Shown: positions 57,541 to 64,000 of the stretch, in pieces
Position numbering within the stretch: position 1 is the stretch's first letter
How the letters are laid out: each line of letters opens with the position of its first letter
Assembly: GCA_964453785.1 (NCBI GenBank)
Contig: CAYVRK010000015.1
Span: 7,142-71,141, forward strand
Length of the DNA: 64,000 nucleotides
Reading direction: 5' to 3'
Origin: an uncultured Bacteroides sp.
Lineage (GTDB): Bacteria; Bacteroidota; Bacteroidia; Bacteroidales; GCA-2748055
The notes under the pieces: generated by a model
The model's input: the letters and a program-made list of their open reading frames with translations, nothing else
Told to the model about the DNA's origin: nothing
The model's database searches: none
Translations under genes and position numbers: made by a program

Positions 57541-59222
57541 TATCCGTAATGCCAGCCCATGTGGTTCTGACCATGACAGTTCAGGTAACACCGACCGGTA
57601 AACAAGCCTGTACTCTCATACCTGAAAGCTCCGTTGAAATGGGGAGAGACGATGTTTACATCAAAGTTGATCAGGTGGGCATTGTTGGTGCTGTTGCCCT
57701 GCGTATGGCTGATGCCATGGGGATCATGGCAGGCATTACAGGGAGTCTGAAGGTCACGTATGTGTTTGTCGTGATCATCAAAAGATTCATCACCCAGGAT
57801 GCTGTTGCGGTTGTGACAGCTGTAACACAGTTCATAGGCAGACGCCGACTCAACCGTATAGTCAGCCGTCAGGTACCTGTATTTAAGCAGAGCCGGAAAA
57901 ATGGAACCATGTGGACCAGCGGGAGATCCGCTGCCATCGCTGGCATGACAATCGGTGCAGTAAATGACGCTGGATTCGGTCAGGGGCGGGATCAGGCTGG
58001 GCACATTTGGATTGGTGCCCGGTGAGTTGACCGCATGATGGGATGGATTGGCCGGGTCAAATTCAAGCCGTACATTGTTTTGCACCACCAAGCGGGTGGT
58101 TAAACTGGCAGGCTTGGAGGGACTATCAGCATGGCAACGGTAGCATAATTCATAGGCATACTGAAGGGGGACCACCGGATTACCGCTCTGGTTCACCCCA
58201 CGGGCCCCGGTAAGGAATCCATTGGCAGCGGGAGCCACGGCAGAAGTATTGTTCACAGCATGTGGATTATGACAATCTTCACACTCCACATGCATGGAGA
58301 GTGCCTGGGCATCCTCGCCGGCATCATGCTCCAGGTTGTATCCATACACATTGTGCAGGTATGGTTTGGCCAGCTGGGCAACCAGATTGGTGGATGCCAC
58401 GTTGCCGTTGTGACAGGGGAGGCAGTTGCCCTCTTCATCCAAAGTATTCATCAGCCTTCGCTTGTTCCCTGCACCATGCGGATCGTGACAATTCTCACAT
58501 GCATTCTCTGCCACATTCGGGTAGCTTGTATGGGGCCAGGGATCATTGCCGTTGCCGTTCCAGGTAGCTGTGGATGTACTGTGGATTGAAAATGTCCAGT
58601 AATCCCTTTCGTGACAGCTGAAACAGAGCTCCGAATACCGGTTGGTGACCCTTAGAAAATCATTGGTCAGGTTCCGGTGGGGATCATGGCACGATGTACA
58701 TTGCATGCGACCGTTATCCAGGACAACCGGGGGTACAATGGCAGTGGGATCCTTCAACTGTCCGTCAGCCGCCGCAAGTCCGGTGGTATAATCAAATGAA
58801 ACAGGGTGGTCATCTGCCAGGTCGGTTGACAGGTTGGCGTGACCTGCGGGCATGCTGGTGATTCCATCTGCAAACTCAATATCACCGGTCCTGCTGATCA
58901 CATTGCCCAGGGCCGTGGTTCCGTCGTGGCAGCTCAGGCAGAGTATGGAGGCACCATCGGGCTGACCCGGCACCGCCTGAACAGTGGAGCTGTGGTACAG
59001 GGTATAGGTATAGCCCGGATCATGCTTGTTCCAGAGCGGACTGGAGGGGCGTGTGTTGTGGGGCGTGTGACAAAAAACACAGATCTCCGGTTCGGTACTG
59101 GCCTTCACATCACCGGGACCCGTCACCGACAGGTTATGGACCGAATTCACAATGGATTGTGAACCTGCCCAGGGTGTGAAAAGAAGAAGGAAAAGCGCTC
59201 CCATCACTATGGTTTTTCTCAT
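57537..59222 (-). CDS. Secreted multihaem c-type cytochrome, 11 CxxCH plus one CxxxCH (12 sites)
   Basis: There is a signal peptide. The sites are CVFCH, CLSCH, CTSCH, CFSCH, CENCH, CLPCH, CEDCH, CYRCH, CTDCH, CYSCH, CNACH and CYLNCH. Many occur as CxxCH(D/N)PH, the doubled-CXXCH style. Confidence 0.92.
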   Translation of the reverse strand: MRKTIVMGALFLLLFTPWAGSQSIVNSVHNLSVTGPGDVKASTEPEICVFCHTPHNTRPSSPLWNKHDPGYTYTLYHSSTVQAVPGQPDGASILCLSCHDGTTALGNVISRTGDIEFADGITSMPAGHANLSTDLADDHPVSFDYTTGLAAADGQLKDPTAIVPPVVLDNGRMQCTSCHDPHRNLTNDFLRVTNRYSELCFSCHERDYWTFSIHSTSTATWNGNGNDPWPHTSYPNVAENACENCHDPHGAGNKRRLMNTLDEEGNCLPCHNGNVASTNLVAQLAKPYLHNVYGYNLEHDAGEDAQALSMHVECEDCHNPHAVNNTSAVAPAANGFLTGARGVNQSGNPVVPLQYAYELCYRCHADSPSKPASLTTRLVVQNNVRLEFDPANPSHHAVNSPGTNPNVPSLIPPLTESSVIYCTDCHASDGSGSPAGPHGSIFPALLKYRYLTADYTVESASAYELCYSCHNRNSILGDESFDDHDKHIRDLQTPCNACHDPHGISHTQGNSTNNAHLINFDVNIVSPHFNGAFRYESTGLFTGRCYLNCHGQNHMGWHYGY

Positions 59223-60193
59223 GGCAATCCGTTTTTAACCCGTTCAAAGATCTGGATCCTTCCGTTATAACTGTCGGCCACATAAATGCGATCCTGTTCA
59301 TCGATATAAATCCCTGCCGGCATCCAGAACTCTCCTTCCCCTTGTCCCTGCTTCCCAAAGTTGTAAAGGTAGTGTCCTTCCCCATCGAAGATCTGGACCA
59401 CATGAAACAGGGCGTCGGCCACATAGATGTTCCCTTCTGAATCGGTGGCAACTCCTTTCGGCCTGGCCAGGTTTCCCGTGGCATCGCCGCTCTCTCCGAA
59501 TACAAAGAGAGCTGTTCCCTGCTGATCAAATGCCTGCACACGAAAATTCATTGAATCAACAATATACACCCGTCCATCCTGGTCAATCCAAATGAAAGTG
59601 GGATAATTGAAAGCCCCCGAAGCCGAACCCCGTTCACCGATATACTTCACAAGTTCTCCTTCTCTGTCCAGTACACAAATCCTGTGGGCCCCGGTCTCCA
59701 CCACCCATATTTCCTGCCTGCTATTGCAGTAGGCAATCCCGGTGGGCTGATCAAATGAAACAGACCCGGATAGAGGAGACAATCCCTTTTCTGAGATCCT
59801 GAATACCAGGTTCTTCCTTGAGTCGGTACAGAGCAGATCACCTCCCGGCATCCGACACATCCCTACCAGTGAGGGGAATTCCCGGGCTGCCTTTTTTATG
59901 GATTTAAGCTCATGAGCCACTCCCTCATTGCACTCGAAAACAGTTCCGGCACCCTGATCCAGAATCAGGAATTCCTGTGGAGTGAGCGCTACAATTCCAA
60001 AGGGTTTGATCACTTCCTGAGGCATTCGTCCGAATACAAGATCGGAAACACGCCGGCTGAAGGTGGTTTTTTGATCCTCCTTAACCGGTGGAAACTGACC
60101 GATCCACCTGATCTTATATTCACTGCCCGTCTGCGCAGCTATGGTGGAGAGACAATAAAAAAACCACACCCATAGAGCCAGTTTTCGTTTCAT
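59219..60193 (-). CDS. NHL-repeat six-bladed beta-propeller protein, secreted
   Basis: The signal peptide is MKRKLALWVWFFYCLSTIAAQ. NHL units include FNYPTFIWIDQDGRVYIVDSMNFRVQAFD, LARPKGVATDSEGNIYVADALFHVVQIFD and FWMPAGIYIDEQDRIYVADSYNGRIQIFE. The start is moved to ATG 60193. The stop overlaps the next gene's start by 4 nt. Confidence 0.88.
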   Translation of the reverse strand: MKRKLALWVWFFYCLSTIAAQTGSEYKIRWIGQFPPVKEDQKTTFSRRVSDLVFGRMPQEVIKPFGIVALTPQEFLILDQGAGTVFECNEGVAHELKSIKKAAREFPSLVGMCRMPGGDLLCTDSRKNLVFRISEKGLSPLSGSVSFDQPTGIAYCNSRQEIWVVETGAHRICVLDREGELVKYIGERGSASGAFNYPTFIWIDQDGRVYIVDSMNFRVQAFDQQGTALFVFGESGDATGNLARPKGVATDSEGNIYVADALFHVVQIFDGEGHYLYNFGKQGQGEGEFWMPAGIYIDEQDRIYVADSYNGRIQIFERVKNGLP

Positions 60194-60243
60194 CCCATCG
60201 AACAGGGATCTTCTATATTTGACTTCACTCCTCATACAGCACT

Positions 60244-60284
60244 CTTTTCCCTTTTTCCTTTCACCTTTTCCCTTTTCCCTTATT
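60244..60284. repeat. Intergenic repeat, site C: pyrimidine-rich tract containing the TTCCTTTCACCTT 13-mer
   Basis: 60255-60267 is TTCCTTTCACCTT, embedded in CTTTTCCCTTTTTCCTTTCACCTTTTCCCTTTTCCC. Confidence 0.65.
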
Positions 60285-61166
60285 TCACCTGGTATAGGAG
60301 AGATTTCCATGACACCCGGGAAGACAGGATCCTCCGTTCTCACGGGGTATAAAATTCATCTCCATTTCCCATTTCCCGAATTCCACGACCTCTTCCACGA
60401 GGTATGGCTGGGGTGATCCATGCAGGTTATGGCACATCCTGCAATTCCTGCCTTTGTTCCCGTTGATGTGAACGAAATGCAGGTTTCTGTTCCCGTTCCT
60501 GAAATTGGTTGCCCACTGGGTCTCCTCTGCATCGATGATATCGGTGTCATGGCAAAGAAAACAGAGTTCAAAATTCTCCGTTTTTGCCGGCAGGTAATCT
60601 GCTTCCGGGTATGGAGTGTTCAGGAGCGCCCTGTATTCCGATCCGTGGGCCTGATGACATACCGTGCAACCGCCCCCGTCTATGGCCGAATGGGCCATGG
60701 CCTGTCCGCGAACCAAGCGCCTGATGTTGATGGTCTCAGAGGAATCGGTCCTGTAGACCCTGTTGTGACAGGAGAGGCACAGTTCCTCCCCCGGAAGGTG
60801 CAGGAGACTGGGTTCAGAGGATCCGTGTGCATCATGACATGACAAACATGCTCCCTCTGCCACCGGCTGGTGTCCATGCGACGGGTCTGCGGGCTCCTCA
60901 TGACAATAAAAACAGAGTTCCGGTATTTGGTCCATCAGTGTAAAACCCATCACCCCTTCCCGGGGATGGGATTCACCTGTTGACTCGTGGCAGTTGTCAC
61001 AGGCATCCGAGGCAGGCATATGCATCACCTCATGTTCCACCAGCGCTCCATGACAATCCACACACATGCTTGTCTGCAGGACTTTCTTCCCATGACCCGC
61101 GTGGGATGCTGCCGGACCCGGGAGGAAAAGCGAGATCAATATTTCTACAATGATAAAATGGATCAT
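60285..61166 (-). CDS. Multihaem c-type cytochrome, 8 CxxCH plus one CxxxCH (9 sites)
   Basis: It has an N-terminal hydrophobic signal/anchor. The sites are CVDCH, CDNCH, CFYCH, CLSCH (twice), CTVCH, CFLCH, CRMCH and CLPGCH. Confidence 0.9.
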   Translation of the reverse strand: MIHFIIVEILISLFLPGPAASHAGHGKKVLQTSMCVDCHGALVEHEVMHMPASDACDNCHESTGESHPREGVMGFTLMDQIPELCFYCHEEPADPSHGHQPVAEGACLSCHDAHGSSEPSLLHLPGEELCLSCHNRVYRTDSSETINIRRLVRGQAMAHSAIDGGGCTVCHQAHGSEYRALLNTPYPEADYLPAKTENFELCFLCHDTDIIDAEETQWATNFRNGNRNLHFVHINGNKGRNCRMCHNLHGSPQPYLVEEVVEFGKWEMEMNFIPRENGGSCLPGCHGNLSYTR

Positions 61167-61185
61167 ATCAGTCCCTTTTCATGCA

Positions 61186-63147
61186 TTAAAATTTCCGTGT
61201 CAGCTGGACATAAGCGCCATTGAAAGCAAACCAGCTGTTCTGGTACGTCCGCCTGTACATCTCCACACCCACCCTCACATGGAGTTTATTGAATACCGAA
61301 TGGAATTCTGCCCTGGCCGTCAGGAGGTCCAGGTCGATATTCCTCCCTCTCTGGTTCAGATATCCAGACTCCAGGCTTACCCTCATCTGCGGACGAATCC
61401 TGTAGGCCAACTTTCCGGATATATTGGTATAAAGCTGGTCCTCCTGATCAGCAATCATCCTGTAATCACGTACATTTCCATTGAGGGTAAAGATCAGCCT
61501 GGATTTATAATTCCAGTTCATATCCACATAGTACCGCTTCATCCTGTAAGGAATGATATTGCTGTCATACAGGTCGGCTTCAATTCCGGCTCTGGCAAAT
61601 CCCACATCCATCCGTACACCGAAAACATTCTGGCTGTAATAGTTCAGCGTCAGCAGATCCCCCTGGTCTACCTTCGGATAATCCTGTACCGAATACCGGT
61701 AATAAAACTCCAGCAAGCGATTAAACAGCTGGACGCTGGCACTGAAATGGTTGTTGTTTGCCCCGTACGAATAGGTCCCGGGTTGCCGGTAGGTGTAATC
61801 GATATATACAGAAGAATTATTGGGGATCAGTCCGCCCGGCACCCTCTGGATTTCCATATAACTGGCTCTTTCTATAAGTATATAGTCAAAATTGGGCTGG
61901 TAAATAATGGTCCCTGTACCATCCTTCACCACCACGGATGCCACCTCCACATAGGGCTTATTCAGCAGGATCAGCACACCGTCGGTCAAGCCCTGTTCCT
62001 CATTGATGATTTGCAGGAAACCCGTTACTCCCTCTGAAGAATGATGATGCCTGTAATAGCGGTAGGACAGGTTCAGGTGCCCGGTAGGTATTTTCTTGGT
62101 GTACCTGAGGTCCACCCCACCCCTGGTATCTGTTTCTTCATGCAGGGTGGCGGCAACTTGATTCACTTTGGCATACTCAATGTAAACCTTTGTGGTCAGG
62201 CTCTGGAACAGTTTGTGCTCAAGAGAGGCCCGCCCCCGTTTCTGATCCCAGGTCTGTATGGGATCTTTCAGGTTATAAAGGTCAAAATTCCCCCTCAGTT
62301 TCAGTTGATAGGGCAGCTGCAGCGAGACTCCTTCAAGAACCTCCACCCGCCTGAAGCTTGTGGTCCCCTCCTGGTCATACCAGGTGATCCTGGAGTTCAG
62401 ATTGTATCTCCTTCCGGCATCCAGGTATACATTGTTGTTCATTGCCACCCGGTTCGTCAGATGCTGCGTCCGGTGCAGTTCGGCATAGCTGTAGAGATAG
62501 TTGTTGTGCGCACAGACCAATTCACTGCGGTCCCTGGAACCGAATGATTTGCTTGTCCTCACCTGGAGGTTTTCCTGGTCCATACTGAACTTGCGGCCAG
62601 TCTGTGTCTCTTCCTGGTCCCAGTTCTGGTTCCGGTATGTAACGGTAACCGGCAGGATCCTGTTGTTCAACGAAAGGATAGCGCCCCACTGCAAGTTATT
62701 GGACCTGACATTGGTAAGCAATTCACGGTTGTAGTAATTCTGGTCAAAATTGAAAAATCCCTGGAGTGTGACCGGTTTGTTGTTACATAAGGTGGCCGTC
62801 AGGTCCACCTTTTTCAGGGTCCGGACTTCGGACCGGTCAGGAATGGTAATGTATTTCTCATCCCTGGTCTCGGGACTGTAAGCACCATTCAGATCAATCA
62901 GGAGGATCTCTTCATCCCAGAGGTAGCTGCTGGTATTCAGCTTGATCCCTCCCAGCAGGTAAGTGCTTCTCTGATCTTCGGTAACTTCGTTGAAATTACT
63001 CTCCAACTGCCGGTACTGCCCCCTCAGGTCCACCTCCCCGGTAATGCTTCTGAATTGCCAGATGCCCGGTTTAGGGGCCGGTTGTGAAAAACAGAAGACC
63101 GGGCCCAGCATGAAAGCTACCATCCATATGTTCCTGATCGTTTTCAC
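61186..63147 (-). CDS. Large outer-membrane beta-barrel protein (porin-like, 653 aa)
   Basis: The signal peptide is MKTIRNIWMVAFMLGPVFCFSQ. There is a pervasive alternating aromatic/polar strand pattern rich in Y/R/N, and a C-terminal ...YVQLTRKF with terminal Phe, typical of OMPs. Confidence 0.8.
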   Translation of the reverse strand: MKTIRNIWMVAFMLGPVFCFSQPAPKPGIWQFRSITGEVDLRGQYRQLESNFNEVTEDQRSTYLLGGIKLNTSSYLWDEEILLIDLNGAYSPETRDEKYITIPDRSEVRTLKKVDLTATLCNNKPVTLQGFFNFDQNYYNRELLTNVRSNNLQWGAILSLNNRILPVTVTYRNQNWDQEETQTGRKFSMDQENLQVRTSKSFGSRDRSELVCAHNNYLYSYAELHRTQHLTNRVAMNNNVYLDAGRRYNLNSRITWYDQEGTTSFRRVEVLEGVSLQLPYQLKLRGNFDLYNLKDPIQTWDQKRGRASLEHKLFQSLTTKVYIEYAKVNQVAATLHEETDTRGGVDLRYTKKIPTGHLNLSYRYYRHHHSSEGVTGFLQIINEEQGLTDGVLILLNKPYVEVASVVVKDGTGTIIYQPNFDYILIERASYMEIQRVPGGLIPNNSSVYIDYTYRQPGTYSYGANNNHFSASVQLFNRLLEFYYRYSVQDYPKVDQGDLLTLNYYSQNVFGVRMDVGFARAGIEADLYDSNIIPYRMKRYYVDMNWNYKSRLIFTLNGNVRDYRMIADQEDQLYTNISGKLAYRIRPQMRVSLESGYLNQRGRNIDLDLLTARAEFHSVFNKLHVRVGVEMYRRTYQNSWFAFNGAYVQLTRKF

Positions 63148-63165
63148 ATCATCCTGATCAATAAT

Positions 63166-63771
63166 CTATTGAAAAATATACCGGTCCTCACCCCCGTGGG
63201 GATTGTGGCAGTCCATACAAGTCATGCCTTCCAGTCCCTCGTGTATCTCGTTCCTGAACACGCTTTCAGCCTGGTGACAATAAAAGCACAGTTCTTCACC
63301 CGTAAACCTGAGTAGCTTCGCTTGTTCGGACATATGAGGATCATGGCACGAAGTACAATATCCCCCGGCCACAGGTCCGTGCAGGTATTGAAACCTGTCA
63401 TTTAAATCCTCGTGACATGTGTAGCAGAGTCCCGGCTGGGGTTCAGTCATGCTGCCCAGTGCCTCCGGGTCGTGGCAGGCTTCGCATTCTCCCTCTTCAT
63501 AGGGATAGTGTATGAATAGCGTTTGGACCTCCTCTTCCGGATCATTTGCAACAAGGTTGGCGGAGTCTGCCGGAAAAGCCTTGGATCCTTGCAGCTCCAC
63601 CCGGGTGCTGTCTGATTCGGGAACCCCATCGAAAAAAAAAGTCAACAGGCTCTTCCCGGAAGGGGAACACTGGCTGAGCAGGAAAATACCAACCGTAAGG
63701 AGAAATCCCACCCATATTTTGCCTTCCTGGTTCATCAATTGAGGGTTAAGGTGAAGAGGGCTTCTCTTCAA
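63166..63771 (-). CDS. Pentahaem c-type cytochrome, lipoprotein-like
   Basis: The sites are CEACH, CYTCH, CTSCH, CFYCH and CMDCH. The N-terminus is hydrophobic with LLSQC. The start may be the internal ATG at 63735, which would remove the overlap with the upstream gene. Confidence 0.88.
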   Translation of the reverse strand: MKRSPLHLNPQLMNQEGKIWVGFLLTVGIFLLSQCSPSGKSLLTFFFDGVPESDSTRVELQGSKAFPADSANLVANDPEEEVQTLFIHYPYEEGECEACHDPEALGSMTEPQPGLCYTCHEDLNDRFQYLHGPVAGGYCTSCHDPHMSEQAKLLRFTGEELCFYCHQAESVFRNEIHEGLEGMTCMDCHNPHGGEDRYIFQ

Positions 63772-64000
63772 CGAAACCGTATATATTCACCTTTGCCGGC
63801 CCATACTGGTTGGTTACGTAAATCAGGTATTTCAGCTCAAAACTTTCATCCACATAGGGTTGAAAATATGAAAGATTTTCATAGCTGATCTCCACTGCAG
63901 CCGGAAGCCACATGGCCCCGGCTCCTTCATAGGCGCCGCCAAAATACATCAACAGTTCCCTCCTGCCATTGAAGATCTGTACATTCTCAAAGGCGGCATC
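63746..64000 (-). CDS. C-terminal 84 codons of an unidentified protein, first visible gene of the cytochrome operon (continues past the window end)
   Basis: The frame is open from the window edge (DAAFENVQIFNGRRELLMYFGGAYEG...VEEKPSSP*). I recognise no domain. Confidence 0.5.
   Translation of the reverse strand, partial: DAAFENVQIFNGRRELLMYFGGAYEGAGAMWLPAAVEISYENLSYFQPYVDESFELKYLIYVTNQYGPAKVNIYGFVEEKPSSP

Noticed and set aside
27068-60284. The recurring TTCCTTTCACCTT tracts as a CRISPR array or tandem repeat
   Set aside because: The copies are tens of kb apart, short, and not interleaved with spacers. There are no cas genes. They are treated as a dispersed intergenic repeat instead.
60194-60343. 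N-terminal 50-codon extension of the NHL ORF (…EIREKGKGERKKGKE…)
   Set aside because: It is encoded by the CT-rich intergenic repeat (site C). The internal ATG at 60193 is followed by a proper signal peptide.
61150-62547. Plus-strand ORFs (295 and 168 aa) opposite the outer-membrane barrel gene
   Set aside because: They are antisense artefacts. The minus-strand frame has a signal peptide, beta-strand periodicity and a C-terminal Phe.
1-64000. Mobile elements (IS, integrase, phage or conjugation genes)
   Set aside because: No transposase, integrase, recombinase, relaxase or phage structural signature appears in any of the long ORFs I translated and read.

Overview
The window looks like chromosomal DNA from a Bacteroidota-type bacterium. 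Three proteins carry C-terminal T9SS sorting domains, many have lipoprotein-type signal peptides, and a TAnnTTTG -7 element sits in front of the tRNA. It is densely coded with about 60 genes and has no rRNA, CRISPR array, integrase or transposase. Most of it is ordinary envelope, housekeeping and secreted-enzyme content: purB, an MsbA-like ABC exporter, NfeD, FeoAB, tryptophanase, AKR, PhzF-like, and assorted peptidases and glycosidases.

Two regions stand out.

(1) 0.8-7.1 kb, directly downstream of tRNA-Ser. This block holds an ECF-type sigma factor, a single-pass TPR anti-sigma-like protein and a convergent 919-aa exported TPR-CHAT (caspase-fold) protease. Around them are four copies of an invariant bipartite motif, GGTAACAAww-N13-GATTAAAC. 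Each copy points at a small ORF: an HNH-like 83-aa plus 99-aa pair, a 48-aa peptide with a double-glycine leader, a 54-aa ORF, and a 54-aa zinc ribbon followed by a pentapeptide-repeat protein. An 18-bp perfect inverted repeat would bury the CHAT start codon. I read this as a self-contained sigma / anti-sigma / CHAT signalling module with its own regulon of small proteins.

(2) 57.5-64 kb, continuing past the window end. This is a minus-strand operon encoding a 5-haem lipoprotein-like cytochrome, a 653-aa outer-membrane beta-barrel, a 9-site multihaem cytochrome, an NHL beta-propeller and a 12-site multihaem cytochrome. That is a porin-cytochrome layout suggesting trans-outer-membrane electron transfer. 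A fused CcsBA haem-maturation gene and FeoAB lie 10-15 kb upstream.

Other points of interest are a sulfotransferase / double-SDR / EthD-like / 3beta-HSD operon, a frameshifted T9SS propeller gene, a 3'-truncated GH88/GH105 gene, a C10 protease coupled to a small lipoprotein, a lipoprotein serpin, and a 13-mer repeated at three intergenic sites.

All functional calls come from motifs I recognise in the translations. No database search was possible.
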